64,000 nucleotides of DNA from Candidatus Marinacidobacterales bacterium (GCA_965237955.1 OZ250169.1:7072001-7136000), one strand, 5' to 3'; counted from the first letter of the stretch, positions 29,852-41,573 are shown. Notes: a model not told the origin generated them from the sequence alone. Program-made: numbers and translations.

Positions 29852-32695
29852 TCAATCCTGTCTTTGTGCGGCGGAATACCACTCCCAGAAACCGGGAAGC
29901 CCGCTCCCTGCCGGTGCTCGAATGCGGAGTGCGTCGGCGCCTTCCGCTGCACGCTCCTCGTCGCGATCCATCATCAAAGCAAGAATGCGGTACTGCGCGA
30001 GCTCGATCGCGCCGGGATCGAGGCTGAGCGCTCGCTCGAGATCGACTACGGCTTCTCGGTATCGGCGGTGCGAAAAACCGCGCGCCGCTCGGAAGTAGTG
30101 GATGCCCGGGTCTTGCACGCCCGCCGCCGCGGCCCGTTCCGCAATCGCGAGGTCATGGTCGTTCAGGTTGAGCAATATCAGCGGTAGCGCGCGAAGCCTG
30201 GAAGTCGTGAGCGCGTCGTCGAGCTCGGCAAGTGTCGTCGCCTCGCCTTCGAAGTGCCGGTTGAGTACACCCTGAAAGCGGAAGTACTCGCGGCGCGCGG
30301 CGCGAGCGCCTTCCGGCCAGTAGCGCTCGATCCATTCGCTTTCGTAAAAGCGCGTCTCGGCACCGTCGATCGCCATCACCCGCTGGTACTCCTCCATCGC
30401 GGGGTAGAAATCGGTGCCGTGATATTGGATGCGCGACGAGATGCGGTGCGGGTAGTTGTCTTCCAGAACCGCGACGTCGCCGATCCAATCCTCGAGAAAC
30501 GCGGCGTCGCCTAGAAAGAGCGTGCCGAGCTGCCCGGGATGCTCGACACCGATGACCGCGAGTCCCCCGCTGATTCCGGGACGAGACCAGATACTGTCGA
30601 ACTGACCATCGCTCACCGGCTTGGGCTCGTCGCGGCTTCCGACGAGCATCCATTCGGTCCCTGCCCCGCTCCACAGCGAGCAGTCGGCAAAGGCAGCGCA
30701 AAAAGCTTTGCTGATCGCCTTCGCCTCGTCCAGTCCCAATTGATAGACGGGAAACCAGTAGGTCGCGAGCCCGCCGGGTGCCAAACGGTCATGGAGCAGC
30801 TGAAAGTATTCCCTCGTGTAGAGATTGACGATACCGGCGTTTTTTGGCGGAGGCGGCTCCGCAGTAATAATGTCGTAGCGGGTCCCGCTCGTCTGCAGGA
30901 AGAAGCGACCGTCTTCGATATGCACCTTGACGCGCGGATTATCGAGCGGGTGCGCTTCAGGAAACATTCCGACTTCTTTGTTCAGCTCGAGAACGCTCTC
31001 CGATATGTCAACGACGTCGATGGTCTCGAGGGCATCGATGTGAGTAAGCGCTTTCGCGGTGATGCCGACACCGTAGCTGATGAGGAGCGCTTTTTTCGGC
31101 TCCGGATGCATCGCGGCGGGCCAGTACGCGAACAGACTCATGTAGCGCTCGGAGCGCAGGATGCTGGCCGACATCGCAAAGCCGTTCGTGATCAACCTGA
31201 AATGGCGCGGCACGTCCCACAGATCGCTCCTCAAATAGATCGCTGTCTCGGTGCGGCCTTCGCGCATAGCCACGCGATGGGAGCCATCCATCATGTGAAG
31301 TCTCGTGCTCATGGGGATGTAGTGGTTCTGCATCAAGCCGAACGGGAATAAGAGGAAGAGGATGAACGTGCCCACCCCGACGAGCCTCGAGACAATCGTC
31401 TCTTCGCGGGAGCGCGCTTTCGCCCCGCTTACGGATGTCACAGATGTTCCAGCCCCGAAGCTCGCGACCGCCACGCCACAATAGGCGAAGCCCAGTAGAA
31501 AAATCGTCCACTCGACGCCCACAATAGGTATGAGCAAGAAGCCGGCGAGGAGTGACCCGAGCATCGCTCCCATCGTGTTGGCGAACGTGATCTCGGCGGT
31601 CGCCTTCGTCGCATCACCGAGCTCGTCTCCGAGAGCGCGACCGAAGAACGTGAACAGGATTCCCGAGAGAAAGCTCACGGGACCGCAGAGGCCGAGGGTG
31701 ATGAAAAATGCCGTGCGCGGGTCGGGCACGGGCTTGATCGGAAACGGCCCGTACAGACCGAAACCATCATCGAAGAGGATGTAGGTGAACGCGGTGTAGA
31801 TCGCCGAACCCAGCGCGACGATTGGGGCATGTCGGTAGTCGCCGGGGCGCGTCCCGAGCCAGAGAGACGCCACGATCCCGCCCGCGGCAATCCCGAGCAG
31901 AACCACCGAGAGCATCACGGCAAAAATGAGGCTGCTCCCGAGGACGAACAGCTGGAGGAATCGGAACCACACGACTTCGAGGCCGAGAAGGAGCGCGCCG
32001 GAGACAAACGCGGCGGCAAGGAGTCGAAACGCACCGGACGTCAGAGGGACGCTCGTTCCGGTTTCAGTCGTCACCTCACCTTGCGCGAGCTCCTTTGCGA
32101 CGAGAACGCTCGCAATCGCAGCCACGAAGTTCAACGACGCGGCGACGAGACCCGTGCCGCGCAGGCCCAAGAGTCCGATGACGTAGAGCTCGCCCGCGAG
32201 CGCGCCGACGACGGCGCCGAGCGTGTTGAAGCCGTACAGGCGTCCGAGCACGCGACCAAAGTTCGAGTCCGACCCCGAGAGCGTCTTGACGAGGAGCGGC
32301 AACGTCGCACCCATGGCCGTCGCGGGAACCAGTAGAAGAGCAAAGGCGAAGAGCAAACGTAGCGGCTGAAGCACCCACGGTACGTCCAGAAAAGGCCGGA
32401 AGATCGGCGCGAGCACCGGTGTGAGCAAAGGAAAAACGAGCACGAGCAGGAACCCCACGACGCCGATCACGACTTCGACGGCCGCGTAGACCATGAGCGG
32501 TCGTTTCAGCTTGGGCCCATAGCGCGCCGCGAGCAAATTGCCCAGACCGAGTCCTCCCATGAACGCCGCGAGGACGACACTCGAAGCCCAGAGGCTATTG
32601 CCAAAGGTGAAACCGGCGAGGCGGAACCACAACGTTTCGAACAAAAGAGCCGAGGCACCCGAAAGAAAAAAGATCACGCACAGAGCGAGCGTCAA
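29852..32695 (-). CDS. Membrane-fused spermidine-synthase-like protein with a TPR-like tail
   Basis: FFLSGASALLFE, MGATLP, LYGFNTLG, EDGRFFL, YDIITAEPPPP and NLYTREYF. Confidence 0.85.
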   Translation of the reverse strand: MTLALCVIFFLSGASALLFETLWFRLAGFTFGNSLWASSVVLAAFMGGLGLGNLLAARYGPKLKRPLMVYAAVEVVIGVVGFLLVLVFPLLTPVLAPIFRPFLDVPWVLQPLRLLFAFALLLVPATAMGATLPLLVKTLSGSDSNFGRVLGRLYGFNTLGAVVGALAGELYVIGLLGLRGTGLVAASLNFVAAIASVLVAKELAQGEVTTETGTSVPLTSGAFRLLAAAFVSGALLLGLEVVWFRFLQLFVLGSSLIFAVMLSVVLLGIAAGGIVASLWLGTRPGDYRHAPIVALGSAIYTAFTYILFDDGFGLYGPFPIKPVPDPRTAFFITLGLCGPVSFLSGILFTFFGRALGDELGDATKATAEITFANTMGAMLGSLLAGFLLIPIVGVEWTIFLLGFAYCGVAVASFGAGTSVTSVSGAKARSREETIVSRLVGVGTFILFLLFPFGLMQNHYIPMSTRLHMMDGSHRVAMREGRTETAIYLRSDLWDVPRHFRLITNGFAMSASILRSERYMSLFAYWPAAMHPEPKKALLISYGVGITAKALTHIDALETIDVVDISESVLELNKEVGMFPEAHPLDNPRVKVHIEDGRFFLQTSGTRYDIITAEPPPPKNAGIVNLYTREYFQLLHDRLAPGGLATYWFPVYQLGLDEAKAISKAFCAAFADCSLWSGAGTEWMLVGSRDEPKPVSDGQFDSIWSRPGISGGLAVIGVEHPGQLGTLFLGDAAFLEDWIGDVAVLEDNYPHRISSRIQYHGTDFYPAMEEYQRVMAIDGAETRFYESEWIERYWPEGARAARREYFRFQGVLNRHFEGEATTLAELDDALTTSRLRALPLILLNLNDHDLAIAERAAAAGVQDPGIHYFRAARGFSHRRYREAVVDLERALSLDPGAIELAQYRILALMMDRDEERAAEGADALRIRAPAGSGLPGFWEWYSAAQRQD

Positions 32696-32782
32696 GAGGC
32701 CTCCAAAGCGAGCGGGAATACGATTGTCGACGAAGTTTAGCTATTTGAAGTGTACCGAAACACTGTGGGTGCTGCCACAGTT

Positions 32783-32845
32783 CAGTCGCCAGTCCCCAGT
32801 CTCCAGCTGCTGTCAGCTGAAAGCAGCTCCTGACTGACAGCTTAA
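32783..32845. repeat. Short CCAGTC(G/C/T) tandem repeat and hairpin cluster
   Basis: CAGTCGCCAGTCCCCAGTCTCCAG; its reverse-complement units occur at 35315-35341. Confidence 0.55.
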
Positions 32846-33769
32846 CCGGGGAATGGAACAGGGATGAAACCCCTCTTTCGTGCGCGTCGGTTGAGATTGT
32901 GCCGCCGCGTTGTGCCATCCGCCACCGCACGTCACTGGAAAGGCAAGAACTCACCGCAGAGCACGCGGGGCACGCCGAGACTCGCAGAGAAAACGGCACG
33001 GCGCACTCGCAACGAAAACAACCGCACCGACCCACAAATTGAGGGGGACGCGTCGTTATCGGAACGTCGAAGTAATCTCCTGACAGATTCCTGTCGGAAG
33101 TATGCCAACGATGTGCCGTTGCGGAGCGACTCTGTCCGGACGCAGTTGAAGCGTGGGTGACGGCTCACGCACACGGTCCGCTGAACGCCGGTACTGGTCC
33201 ATCTTCTCTTGGCCGTAGTCCAGCTCCGCCATGTAGGCGTTGTGTGCAGGACATAAGAGTCGTATATTTTTGGCGTCGCGGCCGCCGCCGAGGCCATAGG
33301 CTTCGTCGTGATGGAACTGCAGTCCCTCGCGCTCCGGACAACGTCTGCCGTCCGCGCTGACAAACGTGCATTGGTCACAGTCGCGCTCGCACACGAAGCG
33401 CTTGACCGGTGCGGAGATACCACGCACGCCCGGCGACGTGTCGGCTTGTTCGAGGCTTTTTCTCGGCTTTTTCGTCTTGCCGAAGCGTTTCGCTTCGACC
33501 CGTTCCAGTTTCTCGCTCACCGCTGCTTCGACAATCGATGCGAGGTCGTTGCCGGGCATGAGCGCCGCGAGTCGTTTGAGCTTGTCGCGGAGCTCGGCGC
33601 TCGCGGTGAACTGCACTTTGTAGCGTTCCGGCGCCAACGCCTCGACCACCGCCGGCTTTTCAGGTGGGGTGGGATCGGCAGTGGGCGGAGAGCTCTGAGC
33701 CGCTCCGGACGTGAGAAAAAATCGCGTTTCCCAAGGGAGATGGGGATGGTTGGTCCACACTTCTGTCAA

Positions 33770-34528
33770 CTAGGGGGTTATGCGGCTTTTCGCGGCTTTC
33801 AGCTTGTCATACTCCTTCAACGCTGATTCTAGACGATCCTGTCTCTCTCGCCTGGCGCGTTGCTGCGCTGCCTGCATCTGCAGGCTCGATTCCTCCTCCG
33901 TCTGGGCGTTGAGAGTCTCTACCGCCTCACGCGCCTGCTCCAGGCACTCTTCGACCGTCGGCTTGCGGCGAAATCCACTCGACGAAGCGTTCGCGCGCAC
34001 CTTCGTCCCATCCAGCATGACTCGCTCGAGCGTGATCAATCCGTCCGAACTCAGAACTCCCAGAGCTTGCACAAACAACTCGTCCAGGATCTCCCTATGA
34101 ATCATCCGAAAGTCCGACAGCGTGTGCGCACTGATGCTCTGCATTCCGCTGAGCCATTGATACGCCGGATGATGTTCGCACAGCCGCTCAACCGCGCGGG
34201 CCGAACTCACGGCTTGGCTGTAGCTGTAGACCCACAGGCTCACCAGTAGCTGAGGATCAAACGCAGGCCGGCCTGCGCCACCCGCGACCGAGCGGACTTG
34301 ATCCGTGTACCCGCTGAGATCCAGCCGACCCACGAACTCCCAGATCGCACGCGCTGGGTGATCCTCTGGGATCAAACGCTCCACGTCGACCGTCCGCAGC
34401 AGCAGCTGCGCCCTATCGACCACCTTCAACCGAGCTTGTGTCACGCGCGCTCCCTCATCGCCGTCATCACCATCGCTGCGTTTTCGCGGACTCGGAAAGC
34501 CTGGAAGTGACGTTTGCTTATCACCCAC
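33770..34528 (-). pseudogene. IS1182-family transposase, truncated
   Basis: LIPEDHPARAI, GRPAFDP, SSARAVE, HTLSDFR and LDGTKVRANAS. Confidence 0.85.
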
Positions 34529-34727
34529 GTTTACCCCGCTTCCTCCCACGCTTTGCCTTAGGCGTCCGACGCACAATCAGTGTGTTTCGATCCTCCACCA
34601 CCCACTCCAGCTCCTCGCCCGGCTCCATCTCTAGCGCCTGGGCTAAAGGTGACGGGCAAATCACATAGAACTGACGGGTGTCGTTGGCTCGCTTGATCAC
34701 CTGCAGCTTTGTCACGTATCCCATGCT
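34521..34727 (-). CDS. AbrB/MazE-like small DNA-binding protein carried inside the IS
   Basis: MGYVTKLQVIKR...FYVICPSPLAQALEMEPGEELEW; its stop overlaps the likely transposase GTG. Confidence 0.7.
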   Translation of the reverse strand, partial: SMGYVTKLQVIKRANDTRQFYVICPSPLAQALEMEPGEELEWVVEDRNTLIVRRTPKAKRGRKRGKRG

Positions 34728-35412
34728 GGTCACTCTATAACATAGCTGCACCGCTAGTCAAGCTTAATTTTTTCTCACGTCCTCCGTCTGGACGGAGCTC
34801 GTTTTTCGGTTGCTGCGCTCGGTTGGCTCGCCGCTTGGGGAGCTTGCGGACGACGCCGGGAACATCCGGCTTCGGCGCAATCTCGGCCACCAGTTGGCTA
34901 AGCGCTTCTTTGGTCTTGTGAGTTGCTCGAGCCAAGAGCTCGTCGCAGTTGGCGTCCGTCAGATGAGGTGCCAGCACGGCAATGCCGCTCAAGTGAAACC
35001 GTCCATCCTCGAGCATCGTCAACAGCTCGGGATGTCGGCGTGACGCACGTGCAGCGGCGATCCGTAGATAGGCTTCTGTCTCTCCTAGCGTTTCCGCGCG
35101 GGCCACCGCGGTGTCATTTCTTGGTTGCGGCTTCGCTGCGCTGCGTTTCTCTGCGTGCTCTGCGGTGAGAAAAACTACCCGAGACTCTGCCGCACCAGTT
35201 CCAGGCGACTGCAGCTGGACGGCCTTAGCTCCATGGTGCGCTGAACGGAGCTTACTCCCTCACCCTAACGACCTGTCAGTGCCTCATATCGCCGCGCGAG
35301 AGCGCGGTCGAGTTACTGGGGACTCCCCTGGAGACTGGTGACCCGCCTTCGCCGTTGGCTTCGGCGGGCCAGCCGTAGCCTTGCGCGAAGACTGGCTGGA
35401 GGCTGGCTGCCC

Positions 35413-38293
35413 TCATTCCTCGGTGCGGGGGCCTATCTCCACGTCGGTGATCGCTTGCATCACCGCGTCGTGGAACAGCGGACGCACTTCGTAGAGTTTT
35501 CGGTTCTCACGGGTGGGGTGCACCCGGTTGGTGAGGAGGATGGCGAAAAGCTCCCGCTTCGGGTCGATCCAGATCGAAGTCCCGGTGAACCCCGTGTGCC
35601 CGAAGGACTCACCCGAGAAATACTTCCCCGACGAGCTCCGCCCCGACGGGGTATCCCAGCCGAGCGCCCGGCTGGAGTCGGGGACGAGCTCGGCGCGGGT
35701 GGTGAAGAGCTCGATCGTAGCGCCGTTCACAAGCCGGTGCCCGTTGTACGCCCCGCCATTGAGAATCATCTGTACGAACGGCGCGAGGCTGCGTGCCGTG
35801 GAAAAAAGCCCGGCGTGCGGCGCAAGCCCTCCGAGACCGTATGCGTTCTCGTCGTGCACTTCCCCGTGAACGACCCGGCCGCGCCACTCGTCTCGTTCGG
35901 TCGGCGCGATCCGTGAACTGAGCGACGCGGGCGGCTGGAAGAGAGTCTCGTCCATACCGAGTGGCTCGAAGAGCTCTTCTTGCGCAAGAACGTCGAGAGG
36001 TTTCCCGGTGATGCGCTCGAGGATCTCCCCAAGAAGGAGAACCCCGAGATCGGAATAGGAAGTCTTGGACCTTGGCGTGTAGTCGAGCGGCATCTCGCAG
36101 ATCGTTTCGATGTACCCGGCCCGGGATTCTTCCGGCGTCTTTCCCTCGAACTTCTTGTAGAGCTCGGTCCACCACAAGAGCCCGCCGGAATGAGCGAGCA
36201 GATCCTTGACGAGAACGGTGTCTTTCTCGCCGCCGGTGAACTCCGGTATATACGCGGTCACAGGGCTTTCGAGATCCAACTGCTCCCGCTCGTAGAGGAT
36301 CATCGAAAGCGTGGTGGTGACGATCACCTTCGTGAGCGACGCCAGGTCGTACATCGTGTCGCGGCGGACGCGCTCGGCGTCTTCGTCGTAGCTCAAACGG
36401 CCGAGCGCCTCCTCGACCACGATTTCACCTCGTCTCGCCACGAGCACGACGGCACCCGGTGTTGCCCCGTCCTCGATCGCTTTGCGCACCCGATCGACCG
36501 CATCGTTCAGACCGCGCTTCGACATCCCCACTTCCTCGGGGTTTTCCTGTTGCTCGAGTTTCATAGCGTGCGCATCGGCGCGAAGGCCGTGCCCTTGAGG
36601 ATACCCCTCGGACAGACGAACCGGAAGCCTACCGTTGATTGGGACTTCCCCGAAGAGCGCCCGCGCGAGTGCGCGCTGCGACGCCGGCGCAAAATCATAG
36701 GTCGCGATGAGCGCGGCTGCCCCCGAAAGCTCGCTCAACGCATACGGTGTTCCAAGGCTCACGAAAATCACCCGCGTCCCGCGACGCGCGAGCTCGGCGA
36801 GAGCCTCGGTCAGGGCCCCGGCTCGCTCGCCGGGCCCGAGCAGCGATCGTTTCTGTGCATAGCTGGCGACGACGACGACTTCACCTTGTTCCGGGACGAT
36901 CCGCTCTGCCATGGTGTCGACGGTACGCGGCGTGAGACGAACACGGCGCACCCGGCGAGCTCGCTTTTGGAGCTCCTCAGCAAGGACGTCCGGATCCGAC
37001 GCGCGATCGCGGGCGAACAGGTAGTCGACGAGAAGCACGTCAGGTGGCTCCGCACTACTCAACGGAACGATCTCGTTGTCGTTGCGCACCAGGGTGAGCG
37101 TCTTGGAAGCAATGGCGTCGATACGTTCGCGAGCGCTCGGTGGGTTCACCGTGCGTTGCACGGCCATGAGGTCGACAGTGCGCTTGCGATGCAAGTCGAG
37201 CCGAGCCTTGGCTTGCAAAATACGCCGCACCGCATCACCGATGCGAGCCTCGGAGAGTTCGCCGCGTCGAACGCCTCGCAAAACAGACTCATACGTCACG
37301 AGTGGATCGGGGGGCACGAGCAGCATGTCGACACCGGCCTCGACCGCGGCCACCGCCACTTCTCCGTCCCATGCGCCGGCACGCGCGCCGCCCATGTCGA
37401 GCGCGTCGCTCACGATGAGGCCTTTGAAACCGAGCTCCCCGCGGAGAGCTCCCTGGAGGACTTCTTTCGAGATCGTTACCGGTTTGTCGGCGGGCCCACC
37501 CAACGCCGGTACCGCAATGTGCGCCGTCATGACTGCGGCGACACCGGCATCCACGGCTGCCGCGAACGGAACGAGCTCGACGTTTCGCAGTCGTTCGCGA
37601 TCGGACCGCACCACCGGCATGCTCAGATGCGAATCGACAGCGGTAGCTCCATGCCCGGGGAAGTGCTTTGCGGTCGTGAGAACACCGAGCTCTTGCGCCC
37701 GTTGGATGTACGCGGCGCCCAGGCGTGCCGCTTGTTCGGGATCTTCCCCGAACGAGCGCGTGTTGATCACCGTGTTCGCCGGGTTCGTGTTCAGATCCAA
37801 GACCGGGTTCAACAGCAAATGGATTCCGAGCGCACGCGCCTCACGGGCGGTGACCTCGGCTTGAAACTCGATGTCGTCCTCCGACGCGCCGGCGCCCATG
37901 GCCATCGCCACGGGAAAACGGCTCGCGCCCTCGACCCGCATGGCCGGGCCCCACTCGTAGTCGGACGCCATGAGGAGAGGGAGCCTCGCCGCCTCTTGAA
38001 GCCGGTTGGCAAGCGCCGCCGTCTCCTAAGGGTTCTCCTTTGAAGAATACGAAACCGCCGATCCGACCCGCGCGGGCTGCCGCAAGAAGCTCCTGAACTT
38101 CCGCATCCGATTCATTCGCAAAAAGGCTATTGCTTCGCGGATAGATCATCTGGCCCACTTTTTGTTCGAGGGTGAGCGTGGCGAGCGTTTCCTCGACCCA
38201 CAACGCGTTTCTGGCATCGGGTGCTTCGCCACGCCTCGAGCCCGCGCAGCCGACGCCAAACGCGAGGAGGATCGTCAGAGCAATTCGTTTCAT
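35413..38293 (-). CDS. Lipoprotein: GH3 beta-N-acetylglucosaminidase fused to a beta-lactamase-like serine hydrolase (frameshift about 38028)
   Basis: Signal LAFGVGC; LTLEQKVGQM, INTRSFGED, KHFPGHG and SDALDM; then YDLASLTK, YSDLG, HAGLFST and GHTGFTGT. The N-terminus is in a different frame. Confidence 0.88.
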
Positions 38294-38326
38294 ATACGGC
38301 CAATCCTACTTACAATAGAGACGCAT

Positions 38327-39082
38327 ATGAAACAGCTCATCGTGACCGCCGACGACTTCGGCCTCACTCCCGGTGTCGTCACTGGCATCGTCGAGGCGCA
38401 CGAGCGGGGGATCGTCACCGCAACATCGCTCATGGTCAACGCGCCGGCGGCGGACGCGGCGTTCAAGTGGGCGCGCGAGCATGATTCTCTCGCCGTCGGG
38501 CTCCACTTCGTTCTCACCTTCGGCCGGCCGGTCGGCCCCGCGTGGCCGCTCGGCGATCTCCTCGATGGCGACGGCTCGTTCCGGAAGCTCGATGCGGGCG
38601 TCCATGACGAGGCCACCCCGGGACAGGTCGGCGCTGAGCTCAGGGCGCAGCTCGAGCGCTTCAAAGCCAATGTCGGCCGTCCGCCCACGCACATCGATGG
38701 CCACCATCACGTGCATGCGGTTCCGGGTATCCTGAGCGCGGTTCTCGAAGCGGCACGCCGCTATCAGATCCCGGTGCGCTCGCCGGACGACCGCACGCAC
38801 GCTCGCTTGCGAGCCATTGGAGTTCCGACATCAGATACGTTCGTCGACACTTTCTACGGCGAGGACAACGTCGACGAAGACGAGCTCGTCGCGATTATCA
38901 ACGAGCTTCCCGAGGGTACCACCGAGCTCATCTGCCATCCGGCCCACGAAGATACTCTCCTTCCCACACTCAGCAGCTACACCGACGCGCGATACCTCGA
39001 GTGTCGGACGCTCACATCGGACGATGCCCAGCAGGCATTGATCGAGTGCGACGTCGAGCTCGTACCGAGCCCCGTGTCCTAG
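38327..39082 (+). CDS. ChbG/HpnK/YdjC-family carbohydrate deacetylase
   Basis: [24 protein letters not shown] and TELICHP. Confidence 0.9.
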   Translation: MKQLIVTADDFGLTPGVVTGIVEAHERGIVTATSLMVNAPAADAAFKWAREHDSLAVGLHFVLTFGRPVGPAWPLGDLLDGDGSFRKLDAGVHDEATPGQVGAELRAQLERFKANVGRPPTHIDGHHHVHAVPGILSAVLEAARRYQIPVRSPDDRTHARLRAIGVPTSDTFVDTFYGEDNVDEDELVAIINELPEGTTELICHPAHEDTLLPTLSSYTDARYLECRTLTSDDAQQALIECDVELVPSPVS

Positions 39083-39125
39083 TGCCCAGACGGCACGCTT
39101 GATAATGTCGAAGAAGAGGAGAACT

Positions 39126-40373
39126 ATGGGAAAAGCTCTCGAAGGTACTCGCATCCTGGATATGACCCACGTTCAGTCAGGACCAACGTGCACCCAGATC
39201 CTGGCGTGGTTCGGCGCTGACGTCATCAAGGTCGAGCGCCCCGGATCCGGTGACGCCACGCGCGGCCAGCTGCGCGACATACCGGACGTGGACAGCCTGT
39301 ATTTCACGATGCTGAACGCCAACAAGCGCAGCATCACCTTGAATCCCAAGACCGAAGCGGGCAACAAAATCTTCGCCAAATTGATCGAAGAGTGTGACGT
39401 GATGGTCGAGAACTTCGCTCCCGGCGCGATCGATCGTATGGGATTTCCATGGGAGAAAATTCAGGAGCTGAACCCACGCATGATCTACGCCTCGATAAAG
39501 GGGTTCGGCCCAGGTCCGCTCCAGGATTGCAAGGTTTACGAGAACGTCGCCCAATGCACCGGCGGAGCAGCGTCGACCACGGGCGAGATCGATCGTGTTC
39601 CCATGGTGACCGGCGCCCAGATTGGCGATTCCGGCACCGGCATCCACCTCGTGGCGGGCATCCTCGCCGCACTATTGCACCGTGAGAAAAGCGGCAAGGG
39701 TCAGCGCGTGGAATGTGCCATGCAAGATGCCGTGCTCAATCTTTGCCGGGTGAAACTCCGCGACCAGCAACGCCTCGCCCACGGCCCACTCACAGAGTAT
39801 CCGCAGTATCCCAACGGCGAGTTCGGCGATGCGGTGCCGCGCGCCGGTAACGCCTCCGGCGGCGGCCAGCCGGGCTGGATCGTCAAATGCAAAGGATGGG
39901 AGACCGATCCGGACGCCTATATTTACATCATCACCCAGGTGGCCGCGTTCGCCGCACTGGCCACGGCCATCGGTCATGAAGATTGGCTCGAGGATCCGGA
40001 ATGGAACACGCCCAGGGCACGCCTTCCCAAGCTGGACAAGATGTTTAATGAGATCGAGAAGTGGACCATGACCAAAGACAAGATGGAGGTCATGGACATC
40101 CTCAACCCGTTGAACGTTCCGTGCGGTCCAATTCTGTCCATGAAAGAGATCGCCGAACAAGAATCTCTTCGGAAGACCGGTACCGTGGTCGAGGTCGATC
40201 ACCCTGAACGCGGCAAGTATCTGACGGTCGGGAACCCGATCAAGCTCTCCGACTCGCCCGCCGACGTCCAGCGCGCGCCGCTTCTCGGCGAGCATACCGA
40301 AGAGATCCTCAAGACCGTCGTCGGTCTCGATAACAAAGAAATCGAGGCAGCACGCGAGCACGGAGCGATCTGA
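39126..40373 (+). CDS. frc: Formyl-CoA:oxalate CoA-transferase
   Basis: [39 protein letters not shown] and [12 protein letters not shown]. Confidence 0.93.
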   Translation: MGKALEGTRILDMTHVQSGPTCTQILAWFGADVIKVERPGSGDATRGQLRDIPDVDSLYFTMLNANKRSITLNPKTEAGNKIFAKLIEECDVMVENFAPGAIDRMGFPWEKIQELNPRMIYASIKGFGPGPLQDCKVYENVAQCTGGAASTTGEIDRVPMVTGAQIGDSGTGIHLVAGILAALLHREKSGKGQRVECAMQDAVLNLCRVKLRDQQRLAHGPLTEYPQYPNGEFGDAVPRAGNASGGGQPGWIVKCKGWETDPDAYIYIITQVAAFAALATAIGHEDWLEDPEWNTPRARLPKLDKMFNEIEKWTMTKDKMEVMDILNPLNVPCGPILSMKEIAEQESLRKTGTVVEVDHPERGKYLTVGNPIKLSDSPADVQRAPLLGEHTEEILKTVVGLDNKEIEAAREHGAI

Positions 40374-40377
40374 CACG

Positions 40378-41439
40378 GTGAAATACAACGTACTGATTCT
40401 CGGTGCCTCGTACGGTTCGTTGTTCGGCACGAAGTTGTTGCTCGCCGGGCACTCGGCAACGTTGATCTGTACGAAGCCCACCGCCGAGCTCATCAACCGC
40501 GACGGAACCGTGGTGCGCTTCCCGATCCGCGGCCGAGAGACGCCGGTCGAGATCTCATCGAAGGCGCTCGACGGTCATCTTTCCGCAAGCACACCAGACG
40601 ATGTCGAGCCCGGTGATTTCGACTTGGTCGTGCTCGGCATGCAGGAAGCTCAGTACGGCTCCGACGGCGTACGCGAGCTGATGGGACGCATCGCGACGGC
40701 ACGCGTGCCGTGTCTCGCGATCATGAACATGCCGCCGCTTCCCTACCTCGAGCGCATTCCCGGACTTTCGACGGAGCCGTTGAAGCAGTGTTTTGCCGAC
40801 CCCGGTGTTTGGGAAGGCTTCGATCCCGGGCTCGTCACGCTCGCGAGCCCCGACCCCCAAGCATTTCGCCCGCCCGACGAGCCGAAGAACGTTCTCCAAG
40901 TCGGTTTGCCGACGAACTTCAAAGCGGCGCGCTTCGAATCCGAACAGCACACGAACATGCTTCGCGAGCTGGAGTCCGACATCGACGCCATCCGGTTCGA
41001 TCCCGGCGACGGCGCCCTCGAGATCCCGGTCAAGCTCAAGGTGCACGATTCCGTCTTCGTGCCGCTCGCCAAGTGGCCGATGCTCATCACCGGCAACTAC
41101 CGCTGCATCCGGCGTGACGACATGATCCCGATCAAGGACGCCGTACACGCCGATATCGAGATGTCTCGGGACATCTACGCGTGGGCCGCGAAACTGTGTA
41201 CGAAGCTCGGAGCCGCTGATGCCGACCTGGTTCCCTTCGAGAAATACGCGAAAGCGGCAGAAGGGCTAGCGAAACCGTCGTCCGCGGCGCGTGCTCTTTT
41301 CGGCGGCGCCAAGGACATCGAGCGCGTCGACTGCCTGGTGCGGCAGATCGCAAAACAACAGGGCCTGCAGTCGGAGACGGTGGACGAGATCGTTACACTC
41401 GTGGACGAACGTCTAGAGAAAAACCGCGCGGGCGACTGA
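40378..41439 (+). CDS. Ketopantoate-reductase-like Rossmann protein
   Basis: ILGASYGSL N-terminal motif; IMNMPPLPY and PTNFKAA; starts 4 bp after frc. Confidence 0.65.
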   Translation: MKYNVLILGASYGSLFGTKLLLAGHSATLICTKPTAELINRDGTVVRFPIRGRETPVEISSKALDGHLSASTPDDVEPGDFDLVVLGMQEAQYGSDGVRELMGRIATARVPCLAIMNMPPLPYLERIPGLSTEPLKQCFADPGVWEGFDPGLVTLASPDPQAFRPPDEPKNVLQVGLPTNFKAARFESEQHTNMLRELESDIDAIRFDPGDGALEIPVKLKVHDSVFVPLAKWPMLITGNYRCIRRDDMIPIKDAVHADIEMSRDIYAWAAKLCTKLGAADADLVPFEKYAKAAEGLAKPSSAARALFGGAKDIERVDCLVRQIAKQQGLQSETVDEIVTLVDERLEKNRAGD

Positions 41440-41573
41440 ACGAGGAAAACTCGTCTCTTCATTCGCCTGTTTTTGGACGTTTGGAGACGGGGGACAAGTC
41501 CCGCCATCCGCTGATTGAAGCTCACCCTGGTCCCAGCTAGAATTGCCATCCAGAAGACCGACGAGTCACAAAA

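Larger units (their letters stand above)
33707..34782 (-). mobile_element. IS1182-family element, internally deleted copy (1076 bp)
   Basis: Inverted repeats GGACGTGAGAAAAAAT; TCC duplicated; near-identical to 45728-49337 but lacking about 917 bp of the transposase 3' half (junction about 33778). Confidence 0.88.
33056..35080 (-). pseudogene. DUF222-like/HNH endonuclease gene, 5'-truncated and interrupted by an IS1182-family element
   Basis: The N-part (EAYLRIAAAR...ELRPDG) and C-part (AAQSSPP...RDCDQC...FHHDE...NIRLLCPAHN) align with the intact paralog at 49575..50660. Confidence 0.85.

Noticed and set aside
34521-34727. Toxin-antitoxin module
   Set aside because: No toxin ORF is adjacent; the downstream gene is the transposase.
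35413-36560. Beta-lactam resistance gene
   Set aside because: The SxxK domain is fused to GH3, a context typical of peptidoglycan-recycling amidases/esterases rather than beta-lactamases.
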